45,783 nucleotides of DNA from Alphaproteobacteria bacterium (lineage in GTDB: Bacteria > Pseudomonadota > Alphaproteobacteria > RS24). The notes under the pieces are model-generated. The model worked only from the letters and a program-made list of their open reading frames with translations. It did not search any database and had not been told where the DNA came from. This document shows, in pieces, positions 37,020 to 45,783 of the stretch. Both the position numbers and the translations under genes were made by a program. The stretch is from positions 1-45,783 of the forward strand of contig JAKMCZ010000126.1 in assembly GCA_022428185.1 (NCBI GenBank), in the 5' to 3' direction. Position 1 is the first letter of the stretch. Every line of letters begins with the position of its first letter.

Positions 37020-38798
37020 TTACTCCGCAGCCAGTTTTTCTTCTGCTGCGCCTTGCGGGCCGCGCACCAGCTTACCGGGCATTTTGCCGGTCGGTGCGCC
37101 ATCTTCATAAGTCACCACACCATCGACAATCGTGTAGCGATAGCCGTCAATTTTTTGAATCAAACGGCGGCCACCGGCGGGCAGGTCATAAACCATTTCC
37201 GGCTCGCCCAATTGCAGCGCGTCAAAATCAATCACATTGATATCGGCCTTCATGCCGGGTGCGATGATGCCGCGATCATGCAAGCCATAAAGCGCTGCCG
37301 TGTCGGCGGTTTGCGCTTTCACCGCTTCTTCCAACCCAAAGCGCGCACCACGGCTGCGGTCGCGCACCCAATGGCTCAACAAATAAGTCGGGAAGCTGGC
37401 ATCGGTGATAACTCCGCAATGCGCGCCGCCATCTGACAGGCTGAGCACCGTATTGTCCGACTGGAACATGGTGTGGATATGGTCATAATTCTGATTGGCG
37501 TAATTGAGCAGCGGCAGAAACACATAACCGCGTCCGTCATTTTCCATCAGCATATCGTAAACCACTTCAGCCGGCGCTTTGCCCTCGGCCTTGGCGATTT
37601 CGGCAATGCTGTCTTCAGGACTTGGCTCGTAATTTGGCACGCCGTCTTGCACCAAACGGAACATATTATTGAAGCCCAGCGTAATCAGTGCGGCAATGCC
37701 GTGCCCACTTGGCAGACCTTCGCCATCATCGGCGGTCTCATCCATGAAATAGGGCGCGCCGTTAATCAGCTTGTCGCGCACTTCAGGCTTTTTAAGCTCG
37801 GCAATGCGTGCCGCTGGCTGCATCTCAGCATAGGGCAGATAGTCCGGGTGCAGCGAGAACGGATGCACGGTGCTTTCCCAACCCAAAATAAGACCGGGCG
37901 CGCGCAGGGCGATTTGCGCCTTAATGTTTGCGCCATTAGCCACTGCATCATCGGTCATCTGCAACAGCTTTTTCCAGCTATCTTTCTCAACCGGATTTTG
38001 CAGCAGTGCATAGGTTACGGGCAAGCCGGTTTTTTGCGACATTTCAGCCATCCAACCAAATTCTTTTTCAGCCGGATTAAGATCAGAGGCCATTTCAAAT
38101 ACTCCATGACCGCCGCGCTCCATGCCCTCGGCAATGCCGATAAGCTCGTCCTTATTGGCGAATGTGCCGGGCACCGGCTCGCCATCTTTCGACAGGTGCA
38201 ACATGGTGCGCGAGGTCGAAAAGCCCAGCGCACCGGCTTTGATACCGTCTTCGACGATATCGGCCATTTGTTCAATGTCGTCTTGTGTCGCTGCCTCATT
38301 ATCGGCACCGCGCTGACCCATCACATAAGCGCGCACAGCGCCATGCGGAATTTGTGTCGCGACATCTAGCGCGCGTGGCAATTTATCCAGCGCGTCCAGA
38401 TATTCGGGGAAAGTCTCCCATTGCCAGTCAATGCCTTCAGCCAATGCGGCGCCAGGAATGTCTTCCACGCCTTCCATCAGATTGATTAGCCAGTCATGCT
38501 TGTCGGCTTTTGCCGGTGCGAAACCGACCCCGCAATTGCCCATCACGGCGGTGGTTACGCCGTTCCAGCCCGACGGGGTGAGATAGGGGTCCCAAGTCAC
38601 TTGACCGTCATAATGGGTATGAATGTCGACCCAGCCCGGCGTCACAAGGTCGCCTTTGGCATCAATCTCAGTTTTGGCTTGCGCGTCGATAACGCCAATT
38701 TCGGCAATCTTACCGTCTTTGACGGCAATATTTGTCGTGCGCGCCGGAGCGCCGGTGCCGTCCACCAGCTTGGCATTGCGAATTATCAAGTCAAACAT
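37020..38798 (-). CDS. N-acyl-D-amino-acid deacylase family amidohydrolase
   Basis: [53 protein letters not shown]. Confidence 0.92.
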   Translation of the reverse strand: MFDLIIRNAKLVDGTGAPARTTNIAVKDGKIAEIGVIDAQAKTEIDAKGDLVTPGWVDIHTHYDGQVTWDPYLTPSGWNGVTTAVMGNCGVGFAPAKADKHDWLINLMEGVEDIPGAALAEGIDWQWETFPEYLDALDKLPRALDVATQIPHGAVRAYVMGQRGADNEAATQDDIEQMADIVEDGIKAGALGFSTSRTMLHLSKDGEPVPGTFANKDELIGIAEGMERGGHGVFEMASDLNPAEKEFGWMAEMSQKTGLPVTYALLQNPVEKDSWKKLLQMTDDAVANGANIKAQIALRAPGLILGWESTVHPFSLHPDYLPYAEMQPAARIAELKKPEVRDKLINGAPYFMDETADDGEGLPSGHGIAALITLGFNNMFRLVQDGVPNYEPSPEDSIAEIAKAEGKAPAEVVYDMLMENDGRGYVFLPLLNYANQNYDHIHTMFQSDNTVLSLSDGGAHCGVITDASFPTYLLSHWVRDRSRGARFGLEEAVKAQTADTAALYGLHDRGIIAPGMKADINVIDFDALQLGEPEMVYDLPAGGRRLIQKIDGYRYTIVDGVVTYEDGAPTGKMPGKLVRGPQGAAEEKLAAE

Positions 38799-38868
38799 CT
38801 AACTCTCCCAAAAGTGTTGAGCTAATAATGAAACAAAGCTAGGGTTTTTGCAATTGAGGAGAGCGCAT

Positions 38869-40236
38869 ATGTACAATTTACGAAATATGGGGATACCTAA
38901 GGTTTTAGCCGCTTTGGCTTTGGGAGTGGCATCTTTTGGGTCGGCGGCGGCAGACCCGTCGCAGCTAGGCACGACATTGACGCAAAACGGAGCCAATCCG
39001 AAAGCGTCTGCCGATGGCACAATACCGGCCTATACGGGCGGCATCACCAAACCACCCGCAGGCTATGTGAAGGGTGGCGACCATATCGACCCGTTCGGCG
39101 ATGATAAGCCGCTATTCTCCATCACGGCGCAAAATATTGAGCAATATGCCGCGCGCCTGAGCGAGGGGCAAAAAGCCCTGCTGATGCGATACCCTGAAAC
39201 CTATCGCCTGGATATTTATCCGTCGCGGCGTTCGTGTGCGCTGCCGCAGCCGGTTTATGATGAAACCAAGAAAAATGCCTCGCGCGCGCGGCTGATTGAT
39301 GACGGTAATGGCGTTGCCGATGCGCGCATCGGTGTGCCGTTTCCAATCCCGAAAAGCGGGCTTGAGATTTACTGGAACCATAATTTTTTCTGGCACGGGC
39401 ATCGCTATCACGCAGTAACCAGCGGCGCCAATGTTTATGCAAACGGCACACGGACAAAAATCATTCGCGAGGATTGGCGCTATAATTTCTATGCCGACCC
39501 GCAAGGGCCCGACCCGAAACATGCCAATAATCAGTTTCATTGGATGGGGATTTGGAAAGCGCCGACGCGTTTTAACGGCTCGGGTTTTTCCATGTATAAT
39601 ACCATCAATCAGGTTAAGCAGCCGCGCAATGGCGTGATGTTCAACCCAAGCACCCGCAAAATTATGCGCGCACCGGCCGGTGCAGTGACCTATGACGGGT
39701 TGTTATCAACCGCCAATGGCCTGCGTAATAATCACAATATGTATATGTTCTCCGGCGCGCCCGACCGCTATGAGTGGAAGCTGCTCGGCAAGAAAGAAAT
39801 CTATGTGCCGTATAATGCCTATAAAGCCTCGGCGATGACGGTTGACCGCGACGATTTCATGACCATCAACCACCCTAATCCTGACTATTTGCGCTATGAA
39901 TTGCATCGTGTTTGGCAGGTCGAGATAACGCAAAAACCGCAATTCAATATGAAACAGGCGCGGCGCGTGTTTTACGCCGATGAGGATAGTTGGATTTTCC
40001 TGCTGGCTGATATTTACAATAAAGACAATGAGTTAATGCGTATTCAGCATGCCTTTATCAAAAACTATTACGAGGCTCCGGCATGCGTGTTCGAGTTCGA
40101 TATTATGTATGAGGTGGCCTCCGGTCGCTATAATATCGACCATATCAAAATCGACGATGGCCCTGCCGATTTGGATTATGATTTGGATCCGGGCGATTTC
40201 GGCTCGTCTGCCTTGAAACGGAAAATCGGTCGCTAA
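38869..40236 (+). CDS. DUF1329 domain periplasmic protein
   Basis: Signal peptide; LT..GA...A.ADGTIPAYTGG, DKPLFSITAQN, GVPFPIPKSGLE, RYEWKLLGKKE.YVPYN, RYELHRVW; GAGGAG SD. Confidence 0.9.
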   Translation: MYNLRNMGIPKVLAALALGVASFGSAAADPSQLGTTLTQNGANPKASADGTIPAYTGGITKPPAGYVKGGDHIDPFGDDKPLFSITAQNIEQYAARLSEGQKALLMRYPETYRLDIYPSRRSCALPQPVYDETKKNASRARLIDDGNGVADARIGVPFPIPKSGLEIYWNHNFFWHGHRYHAVTSGANVYANGTRTKIIREDWRYNFYADPQGPDPKHANNQFHWMGIWKAPTRFNGSGFSMYNTINQVKQPRNGVMFNPSTRKIMRAPAGAVTYDGLLSTANGLRNNHNMYMFSGAPDRYEWKLLGKKEIYVPYNAYKASAMTVDRDDFMTINHPNPDYLRYELHRVWQVEITQKPQFNMKQARRVFYADEDSWIFLLADIYNKDNELMRIQHAFIKNYYEAPACVFEFDIMYEVASGRYNIDHIKIDDGPADLDYDLDPGDFGSSALKRKIGR

Positions 40237-40844
40237 TGCAGCTACCGATTGATTTAGACGAGGTTAAAGGTTTCCTCGACGCGGCTGAGGGCGCGGCGCT
40301 TTACGCGGCGGCGGAAGAAATGGCACCGCAAGGTCTATGCGTCGAAATCGGTTCCTATTGCGGTAAATCAACGATACTGCTCGGCACGGCTTGCCAAAAG
40401 GCGGGCGGCACATTGCTGGCGATTGACCATCATCGCGGCTCGGTAGAAAACCAGCCGGGCGAAGAATATTTCGACCCTGAGTTGGACGATGGCGCGGGCG
40501 GCATGTCTTCGCTGCTCGAATTTCGCGCCAATATTCGCCGCGCCGGATTGGAAGATGTTGTCGTGCCCGCGCTCGCGCGCTCGCAAGTGGCGGCGCGCTT
40601 GCCGCTGGCGGCACCGGCCTTTGTGTTCATCGATGGCGGTCATTCCATGCCTGCCGCTCTGGCTGACTATCAAAATTGGGGCGTGCGGGTGATGCAGGGC
40701 GGGCTATTAGCCATTCATGACGTGTTTCCCAACCCCGCCGATGGCGGTCGCCCACCGCATGAGATTTACAAACTGGCGCTGCATAGCGGTTTGTTTGAAG
40801 AAGAACAGGCGGTGAAGAGTTTGAGGGTTTTGCGGCGTTTGTAA
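40236..40844 (+). CDS. meT1: Class I SAM methyltransferase (Methyltransf_24), MMP 1-O-methyltransferase MeT1-like
   Basis: VKGFL...EG, VEIGSYCGKST, DHHRGS.ENQPG.EY.DP, FIDGGH, IHDVFPNPADGGRPP, SLRVLRR; these match MeT1 motifs as I recall them. Confidence 0.8.
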   Translation: MQLPIDLDEVKGFLDAAEGAALYAAAEEMAPQGLCVEIGSYCGKSTILLGTACQKAGGTLLAIDHHRGSVENQPGEEYFDPELDDGAGGMSSLLEFRANIRRAGLEDVVVPALARSQVAARLPLAAPAFVFIDGGHSMPAALADYQNWGVRVMQGGLLAIHDVFPNPADGGRPPHEIYKLALHSGLFEEEQAVKSLRVLRRL

Positions 40845-40850
40845 TCTTCG

Positions 40851-41912
40851 CTAGGGGCGACCCGTCAAAACGCCATGCGCCGGGCTTAGTTTCAGCACCG
40901 CGTCATGCGCCAATATAACCGCGCCGGAGGTCCAAGCGGGACGCTCCACCGGCCAGAAGACGCGGTCTTCCACCTGCATGCCCATCCAATATGCGCCGTT
41001 CTCATCGCGAAACCGATCGAGCCAAGATAAATGCGTTTCGGCGCGGGCCGTGTCGCCATGCGCCATCAGCGCCATTGCCAATTCTGCGCTTTCAGCCACC
41101 GTTACCCAGGGTTGGTCGTCGACACAGCGACAGCCAAACCCGTCAATCACGAAGTCGCTCCAGCGCGCCGCCAATCTTTCGGTTTCTTGCTCGGACGATA
41201 GCGCGCCCGACAAAACCGGATAATACCAATCCATCGAATAACGGGTTTTCGGCGCCCATGTGCGGTCATAGCGATGCGGCTTGTGAGCCAGCGCATCGGC
41301 CAGCTTGGCGCGCGCACGCGCCCAGCTTTGCGCGTCGTGACCCAGCCTGTCAGCCAGCTTTTCGGCGCATATCAAGCTTTTATGGATTGAGCTATTGCCG
41401 GTTATGAGTGCGTCATCTTCGGGCGTTTGCGGGTCGGGCGCGCTCCAACGAATGTCGCCATCGGGCGATTGCAGCGCGACAACAAAATCGATTGCCGCTT
41501 TCACCATCGGCCAGTTGGCAGCGGCATAATCAATTTCATCATGCAGTTTCAGATGATGCCAAATCGCGGTGGCGATATAGGCGATGAAATTGGTATCGCG
41601 GATTTTGTGCCCGTCTTCGACACCTTGCATGGTGAATTGGTGCAATTCGTCGTCAATCGGCACGGCGCTGCCCAATTGCCCCCACCAAGAACCGTCTTGG
41701 GCTTGCGTGTTGCGTAAAAAGGAAATCGCGCGCTCAGCCGCGTCGCGGCGACCGATAAGGTTTAACCCCATCGCCGCTTCCAAATGATTCCACGGGTCGA
41801 TAACACCGTTTTTGAACCACGGGATTGAGCCGTCAGGATTTTGCAGTGCTTCGATAACATTGCCTGCACCGTCAAACTTTTCGTCAAACTTACCGTCGGT
41901 TAAAATGCTCAT
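40851..41912 (-). CDS. mmpH: Alpha/alpha-toroid protein (usually labelled 'prenyltransferase'), MMP hydrolase MmpH-like
   Basis: Q..DG..W repeats, DPWNHLEAAM, DTNFIAYIA, ALITGNSSI, SMDWYYPVL, PWVTVAESAE, WP.ERP.WT; clustered with a GT4 and two methyltransferases. Confidence 0.7.
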   Translation of the reverse strand: MSILTDGKFDEKFDGAGNVIEALQNPDGSIPWFKNGVIDPWNHLEAAMGLNLIGRRDAAERAISFLRNTQAQDGSWWGQLGSAVPIDDELHQFTMQGVEDGHKIRDTNFIAYIATAIWHHLKLHDEIDYAAANWPMVKAAIDFVVALQSPDGDIRWSAPDPQTPEDDALITGNSSIHKSLICAEKLADRLGHDAQSWARARAKLADALAHKPHRYDRTWAPKTRYSMDWYYPVLSGALSSEQETERLAARWSDFVIDGFGCRCVDDQPWVTVAESAELAMALMAHGDTARAETHLSWLDRFRDENGAYWMGMQVEDRVFWPVERPAWTSGAVILAHDAVLKLSPAHGVLTGRP

Positions 41913-42649
41913 TACACCGCAACTGGTTCATCTGCGGGCTTGTCGAAATACATGACAATGCTTTTGCCCATAAGCGGGTCAGCCAGCGCCGAAAGCGCGC
42001 GCAGCGGCAGCGGATTTTTGAGGATTTCGACCTCGAGCAATTTTTTATAACCGCGCACTATCAGATTGCTGTCATTATTGACTCCAACGGCGCAGCGTAG
42101 CCACCAATAGGGGCTGTGCAGGCCGTGTTTCAAATGTTTGCCGCGATAGTCAAAGCCCAGCGATTCAAAATCATCGCGCAAATCGCGGCTGCGGAAAATC
42201 CGCACATGCCCGCCCGGCGTGTTGTGATATTGCTCAGAAAACAGCCAGCAAATCTGCTCGGGCCAGCGATGCGGCACTGAAATTCCGATTTTGCCACCCG
42301 GTTTGACGATGCGCCAAATCTCGGTCAGCGCGCTTTGATAATCGGGAATATGTTCCAACACTTCAGAGCAAATAAGCCGGTCGAAATGATTGTCAGGGAA
42401 GGGCAAAGACAGCGCATCGCCGACCATCAGGTCGAAACGCCGCGCCGCACCGGTTTGCGGTTCCAAATCGGGATTGGCATCAAAACCGGCGCGCGTGACT
42501 TTCACATCTTCAAAACCCAAATCAAGGCCGACAGCACGGCACCGCTTATGAAAATAAGCAGCATGGGTATGGCGACCATGCCCGCAGCCCAAATCGAGCA
42601 AAACATGACCGTCTTGAAGGTCCAATCTGTCGAGATTAATGGTCTGCAT
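41912..42649 (-). CDS. meT3: Class I SAM methyltransferase, MMP 3-O-methyltransferase MeT3-like
   Basis: LDLGCGHGRH, GDALSLPF, SEVLEHIPD, YHNTPGGHVRIF, HGLHSPYWWLRC, GKSIVMYF. Confidence 0.7.
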   Translation of the reverse strand: MQTINLDRLDLQDGHVLLDLGCGHGRHTHAAYFHKRCRAVGLDLGFEDVKVTRAGFDANPDLEPQTGAARRFDLMVGDALSLPFPDNHFDRLICSEVLEHIPDYQSALTEIWRIVKPGGKIGISVPHRWPEQICWLFSEQYHNTPGGHVRIFRSRDLRDDFESLGFDYRGKHLKHGLHSPYWWLRCAVGVNNDSNLIVRGYKKLLEVEILKNPLPLRALSALADPLMGKSIVMYFDKPADEPVAV

Positions 42650-42652
42650 GTC

Positions 42653-43963
42653 TTACAGCAATATTCCGTGATGGGCCGCCAGCGTGCGGCGGTATAGGCC
42701 GACGACATCGCGCGCGCAACGTTCCCATTTGAAACTGTCGAGAATGTGCTGGCGTGCCTTGATTGACATTTTTTCGCGCCGCGCCGGATCTTTTAATAAA
42801 GCGTCAAGCGCTTCTGCCAGAGCGGGCGGGTTTGAATGTGGGACGACGATACCTGCATCGCCCACGACTTCCGGCAATGAGCCGCCATCGGTCGCGACTA
42901 ATGGCACACCGCAAGACAGAGCTTCGCCCGCCGGAAAGCCGAAACCTTCATAAACCGAAGGCGACACCGCAATCGTCGCCTCGGCATAGAGGTCGCAAAT
43001 ATCCTCGCTGGTCAGGCCGGAAACAAATTTAACGCGGTCGCGAATACCCAAGCGGTTCAACTCTTCCATCGTTTGGCCTTCGCGCAAACGCCCGACCACC
43101 AAAAGTTCCAAATCAGGATGCTCAGCCAGCAAACGGTAATAGGCGCGAATGAGATAAATCAGCCCCTTGAGCGGCACATCGGCGCTGGCGGTCACCATCA
43201 GACGGTTGGTCTTGCGTTCAATATGCGGCTGCGGGGTAAACAGTTCATGGTCAATGCCGTGATGAATACGCGTCATGCGCGCGGCCGGAATACCGAAATC
43301 TTTTTCGACATCGCGTTTGGTGCTGTCCGAGACAACAATGAGCGGGTCGAGCTGGCGCGCCACTTTTATCTGCATATTAAGGAAGGAATACCAACGCCAT
43401 TTGAGGAATTTGATATGCGGCCATTTGGCGTGCGAAATATCAATCCGCTTATCCATTGTGATGGGGTGATGAATTGTGCCGACAACCGGCAGCCCCATAT
43501 CGCGCACATCGAGCATGCCGTAACACAAGGTTTGGTTGTCATGCATGATGTCATACTGGTCGATTTTATCGCGCATATAATCAGCCATGCGGACACCGAA
43601 AGTGTAAGGCTCCGGAAAACCACCCCAATTATGGCTCCACCACTCAAACAAATCGGTCTTGTTCGACATGATTTCGCGGCTGAGGCAAGCAATCGGATTT
43701 TCGCGCGCATACATATCGAGCGACGGCAGTTTTATCAGCCCGACACGGTCGTCAAGTATCGGATAGGGCGGGCCGGATATGACATCGACATGATGGCCCA
43801 AATCAACCAGCGCTTTTGAAATCAGCCGCATGTAAATGCCCTGACCGCCGGTATGCGGGTCAGAGCGGTAACTTGGCAGAAGGATTCGCAAAGGGGCGTC
43901 GCCCTTTATCGCTTCTAAAGGAAGGGCACCGGCGTCACCAACGCGTGTTTCTGGACGGTTCAT
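42653..43963 (-). CDS. manT: GT4 glycosyltransferase, alpha-(1->4)-mannosyltransferase ManT-like
   Basis: SYRSDPHTGGQGIY, SGPPYP, GFPEPYTF, HDNQTLCYG, TIHHPIT.D, ASADVPLKG, YEGFGFPAGEA. Confidence 0.75.
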   Translation of the reverse strand: MNRPETRVGDAGALPLEAIKGDAPLRILLPSYRSDPHTGGQGIYMRLISKALVDLGHHVDVISGPPYPILDDRVGLIKLPSLDMYARENPIACLSREIMSNKTDLFEWWSHNWGGFPEPYTFGVRMADYMRDKIDQYDIMHDNQTLCYGMLDVRDMGLPVVGTIHHPITMDKRIDISHAKWPHIKFLKWRWYSFLNMQIKVARQLDPLIVVSDSTKRDVEKDFGIPAARMTRIHHGIDHELFTPQPHIERKTNRLMVTASADVPLKGLIYLIRAYYRLLAEHPDLELLVVGRLREGQTMEELNRLGIRDRVKFVSGLTSEDICDLYAEATIAVSPSVYEGFGFPAGEALSCGVPLVATDGGSLPEVVGDAGIVVPHSNPPALAEALDALLKDPARREKMSIKARQHILDSFKWERCARDVVGLYRRTLAAHHGILL

Positions 43964-43998
43964 CGAAACCCCGAGAAATATTAGCTTACTTGCGCGCG

Positions 43999-44027
43999 AC
44001 TATAAGTCGGTGCGGGGCAGGTCTCAA
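43999..44027 (-). promoter_or_regulatory. Sigma70-type promoter of the GT4-methyltransferase-hydrolase operon
   Basis: Minus strand TTGAGA-N17-TATAGT, ending 36 nt upstream of ATG 43963. Confidence 0.6.
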
Positions 44028-44061
44028 GGGCTACTGCGCTTTTTTCATGCAAATCGTCGTG

Positions 44062-45051
44062 TTATCCAAACCGCCTCAGCACCCAATCTTGCATGAGATG
44101 AGCCAGTTGTTCGGGCTGTTCGTTTTGTGTCCAGTGACCGCAATTATCAATAATATGGGTTTCCAAATCATCGACATAGGCGGGCATGCCGTCAGCCATG
44201 CTGGGCGGTAAAACCCTGTCATCGGCGGCGCAAATCATCAAGCTGGGATGGGTGATTTTTTGCTCATCACTCTCTGACATCTGCCAGTTACGGGTGAAAT
44301 TGCGATACCAATTTATGCCGCCGCGAAAACCGGCGCGTTTGAAGCCGTCGAGGTAATATTGAAAATCCGTTTCATCAAAAAGCGGCTGACCGGGCCATGT
44401 CGCTTCATCATCTTTCAACATGTTGAGAATTTCTATGCGTGTCCACGCGTCGCTCGGTACATCGACATTTTCCAGCCCACCGCTTTTGCGATACATCATG
44501 CGCAGCAGTTTACCCGGGTCGGCATCAAACACCGCTTCAGCGCGGCCATAATCTTGAAACATGGCGATATAGAAATCATCGCCCATTGTTTGGCGCATCA
44601 GCTTGATAGGGTCATCGCTCAGGCGGGGGATAAAAGGCGTATTAACGCCAATAAGACCGGCGACACGTTCAGGGTGACGTATTGGCATTTGCCAAATTAG
44701 GAAGCCGCCCCAATCGTGACCGGTAAAAATCGCCTTATTGATTTCCAGCGCGTCCAGTAAATGCGTCAGATCGCCGGTCAGATGTGTCATATCGTAAAGC
44801 GGCACATCGTCCTCACCGCCGCCATCGCTCAACGCTTTGCCGGTCATGCCGAAACCGCGCTGCTCGGGCACAATCACATGCAGTCCTGCCGCGACCAATA
44901 TCGGCACCACTTTGCGCCAGCTATAGGCCAGTTCGGGCCAGCCATGACACAAAACCAGCGACGGCACATCGGCGCGCCGCGTGCCGGCTTCAAACACCGC
45001 CATGCGCAAATCAGGCAGGTCAATATAGGTGGGGTTACGCCAATCAATCAT
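44062..45051 (-). CDS. Alpha/beta-fold epoxide hydrolase (EphA-like)
   Basis: HGWPELAYSWR, GHDWGG (Asp nucleophile), FYIAMFQ and INWYRN cap tyrosines, CGHWTQNE. Confidence 0.88.
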   Translation of the reverse strand: MIDWRNPTYIDLPDLRMAVFEAGTRRADVPSLVLCHGWPELAYSWRKVVPILVAAGLHVIVPEQRGFGMTGKALSDGGGEDDVPLYDMTHLTGDLTHLLDALEINKAIFTGHDWGGFLIWQMPIRHPERVAGLIGVNTPFIPRLSDDPIKLMRQTMGDDFYIAMFQDYGRAEAVFDADPGKLLRMMYRKSGGLENVDVPSDAWTRIEILNMLKDDEATWPGQPLFDETDFQYYLDGFKRAGFRGGINWYRNFTRNWQMSESDEQKITHPSLMICAADDRVLPPSMADGMPAYVDDLETHIIDNCGHWTQNEQPEQLAHLMQDWVLRRFG

Positions 45052-45060
45052 TTTGCAAAC

Positions 45061-45327
45061 CTACTTACTCAGTAAAAAATCACGCTTTTTTGTGCGACGA
45101 ATATCGCTCAGACACGGCTCATCATCGGTATAGAGAAACGCATAGGTGAACGCTTTATTGCCGTCCATCACCAGACGGCAAAAGCCTAATTCGCTATCGG
45201 GCTTATTGTCGGGGCACTCGGCCATATCGATATGGGGAATGTTTTCCTCGAACTCCGAATAGGGGACGGGGCAGTCAGCCGCAAAGGCGGGCGAGATAAG
45301 AAAAGGTAAGGTGAATAGAAAGCGCAT
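45061..45327 (-). CDS. Small secreted protein with four Cys
   Basis: GGAG SD; signal peptide ending AFA; 88 aa. Confidence 0.65.
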   Translation of the reverse strand: MRFLFTLPFLISPAFAADCPVPYSEFEENIPHIDMAECPDNKPDSELGFCRLVMDGNKAFTYAFLYTDDEPCLSDIRRTKKRDFLLSK

Positions 45328-45591
45328 CAGCTAGGTCTCCCAAATAGGGCTCTATTCTAACCACCGGCACGCGATTTCGTAAATGGAAGAATACGCGCCG
45401 ACCGGTTGCGCGTTATCGGTGCTGATGCGTTGGGCTTCAGCCTCACCACTTTGGCGCAACTCTGGCGTGCGCTCTGCATCAATTGCAAGGTTGTTTGATT
45501 GGTTCCGTAGCGTCTGGTCATGGTGATTTTCTTTCTGCTATTGATAATTATTATTAACTAGAAGAGGGTGTCGGAGTCAAATGTTTTATCA

Positions 45592-45756
45592 GTCGGGGTG
45601 CACTAGCACCGTAAAACAGGGGTTGCGCGTCAACATGCCTGTTGCCCCTTTACGGCCTCTATCGCGGGCTCCTTGTGGTGTTCCCGCGAGAGGCCACGGC
45701 GTGACATATTCGACCGGCTTCGGCTTCGGTCTGTTTTATTTTGCCACCACCCCGAC
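45592..45756. other. 165-nt multi-stem non-coding element
   Basis: Terminal stem GTCGGGGTG/CACCCCGAC; TAAAACAG/CTGTTTTA; CCGTAAA/TTTACGG; GGCCTCT..CGCGGG/CCCGCGAGAGGCC; GACCG/CGGTC. Confidence 0.6.
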
Positions 45757-45783
45757 AATGCGGAGTGGAGGAATTTTTTCAGC

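Noticed and set aside
40851-41912. Squalene-hopene cyclase or prenyltransferase
   Set aside because: Only 353 aa with no recognisable cyclase DxDDTA motif; context and motifs fit an MmpH-like hydrolase better.
1-45783. CRISPR array, prophage, IS element, tRNA or rRNA
   Set aside because: No regularly spaced repeats, no integrase, transposase or phage structural genes, and no tRNA or rRNA signatures seen by eye.

Overview
Gene-dense chromosomal window with about 42 CDS and no CRISPR array, transposase, integrase, tRNA or rRNA that I can see. By gene content it is most likely a marine photoheterotrophic alphaproteobacterium (inference; PS1/Parvibaculales-like). Main blocks: (1) a StyC-like epoxide isomerase next to a ferritin-like diiron protein; (2) MFS/MATE/GNAT genes and small proteins; (3) an acyl-CoA carboxylation and isoprenoid-catabolism region: beta-carbonic anhydrase, a BCCP-CT carboxylase lacking the biotin carboxylase domain, a CoA-transferase III, atuD/A/C/E/F, a TIGR03084 protein, bioB, an acyl-CoA dehydrogenase and a thioesterase; (4) a carboxy(nor)spermidine dehydrogenase-decarboxylase-agmatinase operon with a structured leader; (5) a probable two-hairpin anti-SD small RNA under a CtrA-like box; (6) DUF3604, znuCB, a green-type proteorhodopsin, PCuAC and a quinohemoprotein alcohol dehydrogenase; (7) a three-gene non-canonical MotA/ExbB-type ion-channel operon; (8) a GPH transporter, an amidohydrolase and DUF1329; (9) a four-gene set (GT4, two methyltransferases, an alpha/alpha-toroid hydrolase) matching the actinobacterial methylmannose polysaccharide (MMP) cluster manT/meT3/mmpH/meT1, which is the top finding; (10) an epoxide hydrolase and a 165-nt multi-stem non-coding element at the right end. 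All family assignments come from motifs recognised by eye; no database search was run.
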